38,974 bases of DNA, taken from Candidatus Bathyarchaeia archaeon. GTDB taxonomy: Archaea > Thermoproteota > Bathyarchaeia > Bathyarchaeales > Bathycorpusculaceae. A model generated the notes under the pieces. That model was not told where the DNA came from, ran no database searches, and worked only from the letters and a program-made list of their open reading frames with translations. Each line of letters starts with the position of its first letter. Within the stretch, counting starts at the first letter, position 1. Location: assembly GCA_050012255.1 (NCBI GenBank), contig JBEKHN010000018.1:1-38974 (forward strand), given 5' to 3'. Positions 27,722 through 38,169 of the stretch are shown piece after piece. The translations under genes and the position numbers were made by a program.

Positions 27722-28741
27722 ATTGACAGCTGGATTCCTGAAGACGGAGACACTTTCACAACCAAAGCAAGATTCATATTCAACGTTTTCGGATATGAGC
27801 ATCCAGCTGATCGAGTCTTTGCCTTCTTGAAATACATTCCAGCCAAGTACAAGAAACTCTTCAACATCGCATATCTGGACAACACTTGGAACTACGGAAG
27901 GCAGAAAGTTTTCCGAGCAGAGAGGCTCTACACTGCCCAAAACTATCAGAGTTTCCTCGAGAGTTTTAGACACAATTTTCCCAGCCACGTGTATTTTTGC
28001 CCTTACATGGGCAAAGAGGTTATCACGGCCCCCTTGAACTCTGTGAAAGACATCTATGTTCCAAAAGAGTGTCTGCACCGCTTGGCAAAGCTTCAGACCA
28101 GGGACAGTCTGCAAAACGCTGCGTTGGACCTTATCAAGCTGCTGTCAACCGAATCACAAATCGACACTGAAGACTTCGGAATCCACGGTTCAATTGCTTT
28201 GAACATGCACACGCCAAAGTCGGACGTAGACTTAGTAGTCTATGGAGCACAAAACTTTCGCAAACTCGAGGCAACAATAAAAAAACTTGTCGAAGCAGGG
28301 ACGCTCACGTACATGTCCAAGAATCGTATAGACGCAGCGAGACAATGCAAGGGAAAATACCAAGGTAAAACATTCATGTACAACGCAGTCCGAAAGCCTG
28401 AGGAAGTCAATTCAAAATACGGGATAGCTAAGTATCATCCCACTGCCCCTGTCAGGTTCTGCTGCACGGTAAAAGACGATTCTGAAGCGATGTTTCGCCC
28501 AGCCATTTACAAAATTGAAAATTACGTTCCAGCGGACAGAGAGTCAACCCTCAGCGAGAACAAAGTGCCCAACCAAGTGGTCTCAATGATCGGGTGTTAC
28601 CGGAATGTTGCTCGGCGAGCCGACAGGATCCGAGTTTCCGGAATGCTGGAGCGTGTTGAAAACGTCGAAACAGGACAGGTTTCTCATCAAGTAGTGGTCG
28701 GTACAGGCACAAGTGAGGAAGAGCACATTTGGCCGCTCTGA
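27722..28741 (+). CDS. Pol-beta-fold nucleotidyltransferase paralog 1 (COG1665-like); true start upstream of the first canonical start
   Basis: GIHGS-x10-DVDLVVYG. In-frame [25 protein letters not shown] upstream of TTG 27827 matches the N-termini of both paralogs. Confidence 0.8.
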   Translation: MDSWIPEDGDTFTTKARFIFNVFGYEHPADRVFAFLKYIPAKYKKLFNIAYLDNTWNYGRQKVFRAERLYTAQNYQSFLESFRHNFPSHVYFCPYMGKEVITAPLNSVKDIYVPKECLHRLAKLQTRDSLQNAALDLIKLLSTESQIDTEDFGIHGSIALNMHTPKSDVDLVVYGAQNFRKLEATIKKLVEAGTLTYMSKNRIDAARQCKGKYQGKTFMYNAVRKPEEVNSKYGIAKYHPTAPVRFCCTVKDDSEAMFRPAIYKIENYVPADRESTLSENKVPNQVVSMIGCYRNVARRADRIRVSGMLERVENVETGQVSHQVVVGTGTSEEEHIWPL

Positions 28742-29799
28742 AACTCCGTGACCGTGACGCGATTATCACAGAAGAAGGATTGATCTTCCGCGTTTTCGGC
28801 TACTCGCATCCTTCAAAGTCCTATGTTTGCGATGTCGAATACGCGCCTTCTAACATCTTCAAGTCCGACAATCCCAAAGCCTTCAGAAACGAGGGTCAAA
28901 ACGTATTCTATAAGTTCTACGAGGATGAAGGCTGGAAGTTCGTTGAAAGCAAGTACACACGATACATGATTTTCCATGAAATGCTGCGACAAAACGTAGT
29001 CGGAGTTAGCGACAACGGTGTACTTGAAATTAGAAGACCGGAAGCAATTCTTCAAGAATGTATCGGAACACTACCGAAGGATGAACTTCTTACAGCATTG
29101 CAAAGTGTACTCGATACTGTGACAGAGTCTGCAGGTTTGCGCTTCCAGGACTTCGGGGTTTTCGGTTCTTTGCTGCATGGCTTTTATCATCCGAAGTTCT
29201 CTGACATTGACCTAATCGTTTACGGCAGAAGGAACGTTGCCAAGCTCTGTGAAACACTCAAAGAACTTTATGAAGCTGATTCTTCACCGCTCAAAAACGA
29301 GTTCGAAACCGAACAATCAATCGAAGGCAAGAATTGGCGGTTTCGGAACTTTAGTCTCGAAGAATACTTGTGGCATCAGAGAAGAAAGCTGATCTATGCC
29401 CTGTTTGACGACGCACGAAGTGGCAGGAAAATAAAGACAGAGTTTGAGCCTGTGAAAGACTGGAAAGAGATTAACAACGAATATAGCCCCAAGACAAGAA
29501 TTCTGCGAAGAGGTTGGACCAAGATTCTGGCCACGGTCACCGATGCCAGTCAGGCCCCATTCATTCCCTCGATCTATGACATTGAACCACAACAGGTTCT
29601 TGAAGGACCAAGGGAAGTTACCGAGGTAAGACGAATTGTCTCTTACATGGAGGAATTTCGAATGCAAGCAAGAGACGGAGAAACCGCGTATGTCGAAGGA
29701 AACCTTGAGGAAGTGACAACTCCGAAGAGCAGTTTCTATCAAATAGCGTTAACCTATTGTGAAAGATACTATGAGCAGGTTCTGAAAGTGAAGAATTGA
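28729..29799 (+). CDS. Pol-beta-fold nucleotidyltransferase paralog 2 (COG1665-like)
   Basis: [23 protein letters not shown]; GVFGS...SDIDLIVYG; C-terminal OB-like G-x-LE-x-V. Confidence 0.85.
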   Translation: MAALKLRDRDAIITEEGLIFRVFGYSHPSKSYVCDVEYAPSNIFKSDNPKAFRNEGQNVFYKFYEDEGWKFVESKYTRYMIFHEMLRQNVVGVSDNGVLEIRRPEAILQECIGTLPKDELLTALQSVLDTVTESAGLRFQDFGVFGSLLHGFYHPKFSDIDLIVYGRRNVAKLCETLKELYEADSSPLKNEFETEQSIEGKNWRFRNFSLEEYLWHQRRKLIYALFDDARSGRKIKTEFEPVKDWKEINNEYSPKTRILRRGWTKILATVTDASQAPFIPSIYDIEPQQVLEGPREVTEVRRIVSYMEEFRMQARDGETAYVEGNLEEVTTPKSSFYQIALTYCERYYEQVLKVKN

Positions 29800-29803
29800 A
29801 TTG

Positions 29804-30841
29804 CTACGCCAACACCATATAGTCCGACGGCTTGTTCCCAATCAACAGTCTAAAGTATTCTTGATCTCGTTTTGAATCTGTGACGCGCTCGACTTTTCCC
29901 TGGGCAATAACGGTCTCGCCGCTTGCGGCTTGTTCGCAGAATCTTCCCCGGAAGGAAGCAATCTCCGTTATTGGGGAGAGCTTTGGTCCTTCCATGACGT
30001 TTGCGCCTTTAATAGTGTACCTGCACGGGGTAAGAATCGATTCAGAATCGTCTACGACTGTTGCTTTGATCTTTGCATAACCACTATTCTTGTACTGTGT
30101 GTCACCATATTTTTCATCAATCTCGTCCCAGTTCTTCACGAAGCGGATGAAGTAATCAGTTTTCGTGGACTTTCCCTGAAAGGCTTTTCTCGATTCGGTT
30201 CGAACGAACTCTTCAAAATCTATGGCCGTGTCCTTCGAACGGAAGTCGAACAGGCTTCTCAGTTCATGTTGGCTATAGGGCTTAAGGGGCGAATGTGGGT
30301 CATTAACGATTTCTTGCAGGCTTGAATGGACTCGCCGACAATTTGCGGAACCGTACACGATCGGATCGATGTCAGAACCAATCTTGTGGAGTCCGGCCAA
30401 GATGGATCCAGAAATCCCGATTGTGCTCCACGGAATGTTCGAGTTTCGTTTGAGTAATTCGGTTAACTGTAATGCCTTGTTTTCCACTGCGTCCAGAGTC
30501 TTAGAACTTCTCAGTTGCTGCAGCTTTTTCACGGGGTCAAAATGCTTTTTGACCTTGTTGAATGGCACTTCGCACAGAGTTTCATCAAATACAGGGTCAT
30601 GGACAAGGTACGTGGGGAACTTCTCTCTCAACAGCGAGTAGCGTTCCGAAAAGGAATAGACCTTGCGATAGGTTAACGCATTTCTCTTTCTGTCGCCGTT
30701 TTCATTGGGGTAATAGCGGATGAAGGCAACTATTCGACCATGAGGGTGGACGAGGCCTTTTACATCAAAAATCAAGCCTTCTGAAGTTTCTACCAAATCA
30801 CCTTCGCGAGCCTTCACATCCAGCATCCACCATGACTGCAA
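29804..30841 (-). CDS. Pol-beta-fold nucleotidyltransferase paralog 3 (COG1665-like)
   Basis: REGDLVETSEGLIFDVKGLVHP; GISGS...SDIDPIVYG; RGRFCEQA...GKVERV. Confidence 0.85.
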   Translation of the reverse strand: MQSWWMLDVKAREGDLVETSEGLIFDVKGLVHPHGRIVAFIRYYPNENGDRKRNALTYRKVYSFSERYSLLREKFPTYLVHDPVFDETLCEVPFNKVKKHFDPVKKLQQLRSSKTLDAVENKALQLTELLKRNSNIPWSTIGISGSILAGLHKIGSDIDPIVYGSANCRRVHSSLQEIVNDPHSPLKPYSQHELRSLFDFRSKDTAIDFEEFVRTESRKAFQGKSTKTDYFIRFVKNWDEIDEKYGDTQYKNSGYAKIKATVVDDSESILTPCRYTIKGANVMEGPKLSPITEIASFRGRFCEQAASGETVIAQGKVERVTDSKRDQEYFRLLIGNKPSDYMVLA

Positions 30842-30860
30842 GGAAGACTACGGAACACGC

Positions 30861-31556
30861 TTATTTTATAAGCTCAGAGAATCCGGCTCTTCTCAACCCG
30901 TAGTACACTGGAACGGCAATGACTGTTGTCAATGCCAAAGCAACCACTCTTTCCACTGGGTAGATTGGCATTGCAGCGAACCATATTTCAGGCGTCAGAG
31001 CCGGTGAAAAATACCAAATGGCCAACGCGCTGCCTGCCATGTGATCAGTTAAAATAGCAACAAATGCGGCGACGGTAATACCAAGCAATGGTCTCTCGGC
31101 ATCAGACGAGTGGAAAGAGGATCCTGCCACATAAGCAAGAGGTGAGAAGGCCACTATCATAGCGAAAATGTGCAACCACGTGTACGCAAAAGCCTCCCTG
31201 CCAGAAGGGTTAGCATAGAAGACCAAGAGAGAAAGGAGGATAATTGATCCAGCTATATAACCTCTTTTCATCTTTATGAACCCAGCAGCAACCGCAGCAA
31301 GAGTGGGAGGGATCACCGTAAGGATCCCAAAGAGAGCCCCACCGGGATTAATGAACACCCCTACGGTAGAGCCTATCAGAACCGCTAACCCGCCGAAGAA
31401 TGGTCCAAACAGGATGCCGATTAGGGGTCCACCTATCACACCAAATGTTATCTGACCAGAAGCGCCTATTGTAATTGAAAAGGGGAGCAGGCTGAGAAGT
31501 GCTTGCAAGGCTGCAAAAACGGAGACTAGCGCAATTTTCGTAGCTGATAATCTCAT
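30861..31556 (-). CDS. ECF transporter S-component-like membrane protein
   Basis: IAL-x-x-VFAAL, GILFGP-x-x-G and YPVER motifs; 6-7 TM helices. Start moved to ATG 31556. Confidence 0.7.
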   Translation of the reverse strand: MRLSATKIALVSVFAALQALLSLLPFSITIGASGQITFGVIGGPLIGILFGPFFGGLAVLIGSTVGVFINPGGALFGILTVIPPTLAAVAAGFIKMKRGYIAGSIILLSLLVFYANPSGREAFAYTWLHIFAMIVAFSPLAYVAGSSFHSSDAERPLLGITVAAFVAILTDHMAGSALAIWYFSPALTPEIWFAAMPIYPVERVVALALTTVIAVPVYYGLRRAGFSELIK

Positions 31557-31656
31557 AGCAGGACACCTTGTGTAGATTCGTAACTGGCTGTGTAAAAAAC
31601 TACACAACGTTAATAAAACTTTCCAAGACTATGACTTAGAAGACGGTGCAGTCCAG

Positions 31657-32601
31657 TTGAGCTCACTCACCAAATCGAAGCATGCCTCGCACTGCTTGGA
31701 GCTTGCCATACTTCTAGAGGCGAGCGCTCATAAGCCTGGAAATGTGAGCGTTGTGACCAACTTTGAAAAAACTCGATATGAGCATTTTCTTGCTTCTGCC
31801 GTTGCTGCGTCTACTTCTTTCGAATCTGCAGCTGAGAGAGGAATTGCTGTTTCTGAAGACAGAATTGATCCGTCCGACGTTGGAGTGGGCCAGTTCATAA
31901 AGAGATGTATGGCTGACATCAACGCTTGGCAACACGGAGGTAACACGTTGCTGGGCACCGTGATTCTGCTCTCCCCGATGGCCGTCGCTGCTGGCATGAC
32001 CATGTCGAGAGAGCGTTTTGACGTGCCCGCTTTAAGAAAGAACTTGAAGCTGGTTGTGGAGTCAACAACCGCCAAGGACGCCGCTGACGTTTATGAGGCT
32101 ATTAAGATCGCTAACCCCAGCGGACTTGGGAAGGCTCCTGACCTGGACATCAACGACCCCACCGCGACTAAAAGAATAATAGAGCAGAAAATAACCCTGT
32201 ATGAAGTTTTCAAGATAGCTGAGAAATACGACACGATCTGTTCCGAGTGGACAAGAAACTATCCAGTGACGTTTGATCTTGCCTACCCCTCTTTGATCAA
32301 CAGGTTGCGAGACAGCCCTGATCCAGGTTTGGCCATAGTTCAAACCTTCTTGCAGGTGCTTGCTGAAGTTCCAGACACTTTCATAGCCAGAAAGACGAGC
32401 ATAGAGAAAGCGCGTCAGATTTCGCTGAAAGCCAGAGAGGTCATAGAGCTCGGTGGAGTTGAAACATCCAATGGGAGAAAGAGCTTAAACAAGCTTGACA
32501 GGGAACTCAAGAAATCCAGCAATCTCTTGAATCCAGGCACCACTGCTGACATCATAGGAGCTGCACTGGCGCTATGCATTCTTGCCGGATACAGGCCTTA
32601 G
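31657..32601 (+). CDS. citG: CitG/MdcB-family triphosphoribosyl transferase (methanopterin-linked type)
   Basis: LEASAHKPGNV, NTLLG, PDTFIARK and NPGTTAD motifs. Confidence 0.88.
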   Translation: MSSLTKSKHASHCLELAILLEASAHKPGNVSVVTNFEKTRYEHFLASAVAASTSFESAAERGIAVSEDRIDPSDVGVGQFIKRCMADINAWQHGGNTLLGTVILLSPMAVAAGMTMSRERFDVPALRKNLKLVVESTTAKDAADVYEAIKIANPSGLGKAPDLDINDPTATKRIIEQKITLYEVFKIAEKYDTICSEWTRNYPVTFDLAYPSLINRLRDSPDPGLAIVQTFLQVLAEVPDTFIARKTSIEKARQISLKAREVIELGGVETSNGRKSLNKLDRELKKSSNLLNPGTTADIIGAALALCILAGYRP

Positions 32602-32794
32602 ACGCGTTCACTCTGCATCCATCTTTTGTAGAGAAGAACCAGTGCACGCAATAGCATCTATGTTGCTGCTGCGACTTGAAGGCATTGTCGATGTTTTATT
32701 GGGAAATCAGTTAGGCTAAATAACCCGTTGATGCACTGAGACTACTTCTAGAGCCGAAAAGATGTTGCCGCAGAAAATCGAGCAGGAACGTGAA

Positions 32795-33202
32795 ATGAGG
32801 AACGAGGCAAGACTCTCCGTTACGTTGCTGACAGGGCGAACGATTGAACAGGGCGTTGGCAAGGAGCGTGGAAAAGCTTCAAAGGAGTACGCCGAAAGTG
32901 TTACTGTCTGTTTCATAGACCCGCAGGACATGAAGAAACTCAAGGTCAAAGAAGGAGCCAACGTGGAAGTGTCAACGAGCCACGGTTCTGTCGTTTTGAA
33001 GTCCGTGAAATCCAGAAGAGGACCTCATCCTGGCATAGTTTTTGTTCCCTACGGCCCGTGGGCAAACGTCATCGTTGATTCAGGGACAGACAGCATCGGA
33101 ATGCCCTCTCTGAAAGGAATCCCAGCCGAAATAGAGTCCACCCCTGAAAAACCAGTACTAGATTTACCCCAACTTCTTGCGCAGCTCTTCGGGAATGAGT
33201 GA
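32795..33202 (+). CDS. fwdD: Formylmethanofuran dehydrogenase subunit D
   Basis: LLTGRTIEQG, VPYGPWAN and GMPSLKG motifs. Alternative start 32762. Confidence 0.9.
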   Translation: MRNEARLSVTLLTGRTIEQGVGKERGKASKEYAESVTVCFIDPQDMKKLKVKEGANVEVSTSHGSVVLKSVKSRRGPHPGIVFVPYGPWANVIVDSGTDSIGMPSLKGIPAEIESTPEKPVLDLPQLLAQLFGNE

Positions 33203-33203
33203 C

Positions 33204-34658
33204 ATGCCAGTCGTCAAAGCGGTGACCTGTCCGATCTGCGGATGTCTCTGCGACGACATAGAGCTAACAATCAAAGACAGAGCGATCGTCAAGGTAAAAA
33301 ACGGCTGCTCAATGTGCGAGTCGAAATTCTTCGGCTACACCGGACATAGAATATTGAAACCTTTGATCAAAAGGAACGGGCAACTGGTTCAAGTCTCTCC
33401 CAAAGAAGCTGTAACAGCCGCAGCTGAAATATTGGCCGAAGCAAGTTATCCACTGCTTTACGGTTGGAGCTCCACAAGCTGCCAGGCCATCCGCGTGGGT
33501 CTCGAGTTGGCCGAAGAAGTAGGCGGAATAATCGACAACACTTCAACAATCTGCCACGGCCCGTCTGCCTTAAGCATCCAAGACGTTGGATTGCCATCGT
33601 GCACGCTTGGACAGATAAGGCACCGGGCTGATCTGGTGATATATTGGGGAAGCAACCCCTGGAGTGCTCACCCGAGACACATTGAAAGGTACACGGCCTT
33701 TTCAGAAGGAAGGTTTGAGAAGAGCGAATGGGAAGGATACCTGAAAAAAACGAAGGCTGCGACAGCCAAGAAGAAGGTTGAAAGCGCTCTAAGAAGAGTC
33801 AAAGCAGAAGAAACAAAACCTTTCCAGTCACCTCCCGTGGGAGCGCCATGCCCAGCTATCTTGAAAGGAGGCAGAAAACTCGTAGTCGTGGACGTCAGGA
33901 GGACCAGAACCGCTGAGAATGCTGACTACTTTATCCAAGTTGAGCCGAACAAGGACTACGAGCTTTTCGAAGCTCTCAGAGCCTTGATTCGAGACGAAGA
34001 GCTTGAGGTTGACGAGGTTGCAGGAGTGCCTGTGGAATACTTGGAAGAAGTGGCAGACGCGATGATAGGATGCAATTTCGGCGTGATTTTCTTCGGGCTT
34101 GGGCTTACTATGAGCAAGGGAAAACTGCGAAACGTCGACGCAGCTCTTTCTTTGACCAGAGACTTGAACATGCGCACGAAATTTATGATACTGCCGATGC
34201 GAGGGCATTTCAACGTTACAGGTGCGGACACGGTCTTCACTTGGCAGACCGGTTACCCATACGCCGTTGATTTTTCAATGGGCTACCCGAGATATAACCC
34301 GGGAGAAACATCAGCCGTAGACGTACTCTTGCGAAAAGAAACAGACGCAGCGCTGGTGGTGGCTTCTGACCCTGTCTCAAACTTTCCCAGAACTGCCGCG
34401 GAACATTTGGTTAAGAATCCGTTGATCGTTATAGACCCGCACATGAATGTAACAGCCCAGATGGGCGACGTGGTTTTTCCCTCAGCTTTCGTTGGAATAG
34501 AGACAAGTGGAACAGCATACCGCATGGATCACGTGCCTCTTTCACTCAAAAAAATCGTTGACCCGCCAAGAGGAGTCCTTTCTGACGAAGTGATTTTGAA
34601 GAGGATCCTCGCTGAGGTTAGACGGATAAGAAAGAAAAAGCGAAGGGAGGCACGGTAG
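33204..34658 (+). CDS. fwdB: Formylmethanofuran dehydrogenase subunit B
   Basis: CPICGCLCDD, ICHGP (Cys ligand), WGSNP-x-x-AHPRH, PMRGHFNV and GTAYRMD motifs. Alternative start 33195. Confidence 0.95.
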   Translation: MPVVKAVTCPICGCLCDDIELTIKDRAIVKVKNGCSMCESKFFGYTGHRILKPLIKRNGQLVQVSPKEAVTAAAEILAEASYPLLYGWSSTSCQAIRVGLELAEEVGGIIDNTSTICHGPSALSIQDVGLPSCTLGQIRHRADLVIYWGSNPWSAHPRHIERYTAFSEGRFEKSEWEGYLKKTKAATAKKKVESALRRVKAEETKPFQSPPVGAPCPAILKGGRKLVVVDVRRTRTAENADYFIQVEPNKDYELFEALRALIRDEELEVDEVAGVPVEYLEEVADAMIGCNFGVIFFGLGLTMSKGKLRNVDAALSLTRDLNMRTKFMILPMRGHFNVTGADTVFTWQTGYPYAVDFSMGYPRYNPGETSAVDVLLRKETDAALVVASDPVSNFPRTAAEHLVKNPLIVIDPHMNVTAQMGDVVFPSAFVGIETSGTAYRMDHVPLSLKKIVDPPRGVLSDEVILKRILAEVRRIRKKKRREAR

Positions 34659-36350
34659 ATGGAGCTTCTGATAAAAAACGGCTTTGTCTACGACCCAATT
34701 AACGGCATAAACGGCGAAAAGATGGACATTGCCGTAAGGGATGGAAAAATAGTTGAAAACGTGAATGAACGCAAGGCTAGGAAGCTCAACGCTTCTGGAA
34801 TGATAGTCATGCCGGGAGGCGTTGACATCCACTGTCACGTTGCCGGGTCAGAGGTCAACTCTGGGAGGCTCTTGAGGCCCGAAGATCACTTCAAAGATTT
34901 TGAAGTGAAGACATCAATAACAAGGTCCGGAGTCGGCCGCTCGATTCCGTCCACTTTCACGACTGGCTACCGGTACTCTAGGATGGGTTACACGACGATA
35001 ATGAACCCTTCTATGCCTCCGTTGGAAGCGAAGCACACGCATGAGGAGTTAAGCGACACGCCTATGGTCGACAAGGCTTCTTATCCGCTCCTCGGCGACT
35101 GGTGGTTCGTGCTCGAGTATCTGGCGCAAGGAAACATCGAAGAGTGCGCAAGGCATGTGGCGTGGCTGATGGACTCAACCAAGGGATACGCGATAAAAAT
35201 AGTCAACCCAGGCGGGCTGGAGGCTTGGGGATTCGGCCACAACATCAAAAGCCTCGACGACCAGGTTCCGCATTTCTGCACCACCCCACGCGAGATCATC
35301 AGAGGCCTCTGTAGGGTAAACAAGCTCTTGGCGCTGCCCCACACAATTCACGTCCACACAAACAACCTCGGAAAACCAGCAAACTATCTCACGGCGTTAG
35401 AAACCATGAAGTGTGTTGAAGACCTGGCCCTTGAAAACAAGCCTGTAATCCACATAACACACTGCCAGTTCAGCGCCTTCAAGGGCGACGACTGGACAAC
35501 ACTCGAATCCGGTGCGGAGGACATTGCAAAATACGTTAACGGCCACTCTCACGTCACGATGGACATGGGCCAAGTCATATTCACAGACACGACGACTATG
35601 ACGGCCGACGGCCCATTCCAGTACGACCTCTACGGCCTTACAGGCAACAAGTGGGTAAACCATGATGTTGAAACGGAAACAAGCGCGGGCATCGTTCCCT
35701 TCCGTTACCGCCGCAAAAGTTACGTTCACGCAACTCAATGGTCAATAGGCTTAGAGCTGGCCTTGCTGATTAAGGATCCTTGGAAAATATTCATGACCAC
35801 GGACCATCCGAACGGCGGACCATTCACAGCGTATCCGAAGATCATAGCTTGGCTCATGAGTGAAAAAGCAAGGAAGGCAACGATGAAAAGGATTAACAGG
35901 CGGGCGAGGAGCAGAAGTCTCCTTCCCTCAATAGACCGTGAGCTAAACTTCTACGAGATCGCAGTCATGACGAGGGCCGGACAATCCAGGGCGTTGGGTC
36001 TTAAGGACAAGGGGCATTTGGGCGTGGGAGCAGACGCTGACCTGGCAATCTATGCTGTGAACCCTGAAACAGCCGATCCATCGAGAAAGTACAAGAGCGT
36101 AAGAAGAGCGTTCAAGAGAGTAGCATACACGATCAAAGGCGGAAAAATAGTCGTCAAGAATGGAGAGATAGTGAGACACGCTGATGGCGCTACGATGTGG
36201 CTTGATGTTCACGTGTCTGAACCCGTCAAGTTGACCGATGACATGAAGAAAAGGTTCAAGGAATACTGGACGGTTGAGTATGAGAATTATTCTGTCGGTG
36301 AAGAGTACCTTAAGGCTTCAAGGCCGATCGCTGTGAAGGCTAGTGTTTAG
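34659..36350 (+). CDS. fwdA: Formylmethanofuran dehydrogenase subunit A
   Basis: GGVDIHCH, KIVNPGG, HVHTNNLG, HCQF and TTDHPNGGP motifs. Confidence 0.96.
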   Translation: MELLIKNGFVYDPINGINGEKMDIAVRDGKIVENVNERKARKLNASGMIVMPGGVDIHCHVAGSEVNSGRLLRPEDHFKDFEVKTSITRSGVGRSIPSTFTTGYRYSRMGYTTIMNPSMPPLEAKHTHEELSDTPMVDKASYPLLGDWWFVLEYLAQGNIEECARHVAWLMDSTKGYAIKIVNPGGLEAWGFGHNIKSLDDQVPHFCTTPREIIRGLCRVNKLLALPHTIHVHTNNLGKPANYLTALETMKCVEDLALENKPVIHITHCQFSAFKGDDWTTLESGAEDIAKYVNGHSHVTMDMGQVIFTDTTTMTADGPFQYDLYGLTGNKWVNHDVETETSAGIVPFRYRRKSYVHATQWSIGLELALLIKDPWKIFMTTDHPNGGPFTAYPKIIAWLMSEKARKATMKRINRRARSRSLLPSIDRELNFYEIAVMTRAGQSRALGLKDKGHLGVGADADLAIYAVNPETADPSRKYKSVRRAFKRVAYTIKGGKIVVKNGEIVRHADGATMWLDVHVSEPVKLTDDMKKRFKEYWTVEYENYSVGEEYLKASRPIAVKASV

Positions 36351-37175
36351 ATGATAAGGCTCCGACCAGCGAGAGAATTCAGGTTTCCAGTAATTGCCGA
36401 GTGTATAAACCCGGATGTTCTTGAAGGCAAGAGCGCTGGCGAAATTGGAGAGTTGAAGATCTGGGAAGGGAACAGACAGAAGAAACTGCGTGAAATTTTC
36501 AGAATTGACGAGGTCAGAGACGAGAGTACGCCGGAAAGTGTTGCCATTGCAATCCATGGGGACGTTAGCAAAGTTCGAAGAATTGGGTCATTCATGAAAA
36601 GCGGAGAAATCGTGATTAACGGGGATGCTGGCATGCACTTGGGTGAAGAAATGAAGGGAGGCAAAATAACTGTTCATGGAAACGTCGGGGCTTGGCTTGG
36701 TTCAATGATGACTGGTGGCTCTATCGAGGTTCATGGAAACGCGAGCGACTATGTCGGCGCACCTTACCGTGGAAGCACCAAGGGCATGCATGGGGGTAGG
36801 ATGACCGTTTATGGAAACGTGGGAAACGAAGTTGGAGCGTGGATGAAAAAGGGCACGATTAAAGTGTACGGAAGTGCAGGCCAATTCGTCGGCTTTCGCA
36901 TGCGTGATGGTACGATCTATGTTCAAAACGACTGCGAAGAAAGGGCTGGCGCATGCATGACGGATGGAAAGATCGTTGCAGGTGGCTGTCTACGGTCCGT
37001 TTTGCCCAGCTTCACGATAGACAGCGTTAAACCAAGAGTCAAGATTGAAGAAAACGAAACGGTTGAAGGGCCCTTCTATCTTTTTTTGGGAGACCTTGCC
37101 GAAGGTGGAAAAGGCAAACTCTATGTCTTCAAGGACAAGAACCCACATCTGACCTGTTATGAGAAGTTACTCTGA
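36351..37175 (+). CDS. fwdC: Formylmethanofuran dehydrogenase subunit C
   Basis: Repeated G-x-x-M-x-x-G beta-helix units; GAPYRGS-x-x-GM. Confidence 0.95.
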   Translation: MIRLRPAREFRFPVIAECINPDVLEGKSAGEIGELKIWEGNRQKKLREIFRIDEVRDESTPESVAIAIHGDVSKVRRIGSFMKSGEIVINGDAGMHLGEEMKGGKITVHGNVGAWLGSMMTGGSIEVHGNASDYVGAPYRGSTKGMHGGRMTVYGNVGNEVGAWMKKGTIKVYGSAGQFVGFRMRDGTIYVQNDCEERAGACMTDGKIVAGGCLRSVLPSFTIDSVKPRVKIEENETVEGPFYLFLGDLAEGGKGKLYVFKDKNPHLTCYEKLL

Positions 37176-37188
37176 GGAGAAGTATCCT

Positions 37189-38157
37189 TTGAAAAACGCT
37201 TTAAGTGTAAATCGCTTGGCTTGGAGGCTTCTGGAAGAACTGGTCAAAAGTCCAGACTTCTACGGCGTCAAAGTGGAAAGGATGAGTAAGGGGACGACAA
37301 TCGTAGATGCGGGCGTACAGGCAAGAGGCGGCTTTGAAGCTGGCAGACTCATCACGGAGATCTGCATGGGAGGCCTCGGAAAAGCCCAAATATGCTCCAA
37401 AGAATACGGCGACTTGGAACTTCAGTCAATATTCGTTTACACTGACCACCCGGCAATCGCGACTCTAGGCTCGCAGTACGCTGGTTGGCAGATAAGCGAG
37501 GAAGGATGCTTCGCAATAGGCTCTGGACCAGCAAGAGCATTGGCTTTGAAACCGAAAGAAGTCTACGAAGAGATCCAGTACAAAGACGAGTGCGACAAGG
37601 CCGTTGTCGTCTTGGAAACCCAGAAATTTCCACCGCCGAAATTAATAGACCGTTTTGCAAGAGACTGCAGAGTATCACCAGAGAATGTGGCAGTAATTCT
37701 TACCCCAACAACCAGCCTGGCCGGAGCAACTCAAGTTTCAGGAAGAATCGTTGAAACGGGAGTACACAAACTAAGAAGGCTAGGGCTGAACCCCAACACA
37801 ATTCTCTACGCCTGGGGATATGCACCCATCCCGCCAGTGCATCCAAAGTTCGCTGACGCGATGGCCCGAACAAATGATGCAATTCTCTACGGCGGCACAT
37901 CCTGCTATGTTCTTGAGTATGATGATGAAGAAAAACTCAGCGAGATAGTGAAGAAGGCTCCCTCGAAGGCGTCCAAGGCTTACGGGAAGCCTTTCATAGA
38001 AATATTCAAGGAAGCCAAGTATGACTTCTACAAGATAGATCAGAACCTTTTTGCCCCTGCTATCATAATGGTCAACAATCGGAAGACAGGTCGCACTTTC
38101 AAAGCTGGAGAAATAAACAAAGAGGTTCTAGAAACCTCCTTGGGCATTAAGGCATAA
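37189..38157 (+). CDS. mch: Methenyltetrahydromethanopterin cyclohydrolase
   Basis: LSVN, ICMGGL, LGSQYAGW, GSGPARALA, GRIVETG, RTNDAILYGG and DFYKID motifs. TTG 37189 follows GAGGAG. Confidence 0.95.
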   Translation: MKNALSVNRLAWRLLEELVKSPDFYGVKVERMSKGTTIVDAGVQARGGFEAGRLITEICMGGLGKAQICSKEYGDLELQSIFVYTDHPAIATLGSQYAGWQISEEGCFAIGSGPARALALKPKEVYEEIQYKDECDKAVVVLETQKFPPPKLIDRFARDCRVSPENVAVILTPTTSLAGATQVSGRIVETGVHKLRRLGLNPNTILYAWGYAPIPPVHPKFADAMARTNDAILYGGTSCYVLEYDDEEKLSEIVKKAPSKASKAYGKPFIEIFKEAKYDFYKIDQNLFAPAIIMVNNRKTGRTFKAGEINKEVLETSLGIKA

Positions 38158-38169
38158 AGCCGATTTTGC

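Noticed and set aside
33540-33570. Selenocysteine in FwdB
   Set aside because: The ligand codon is TGC (ICHGP); no in-frame TGA.
34656-36353. fwdB-TAG-fwdA-TAG-fwdC in one frame as amber readthrough or pyrrolysine polyprotein
   Set aside because: Each downstream gene has its own ATG right after the stop, which is ordinary translational coupling. TAG ends many normal-length genes here and no pyl genes are in the window.
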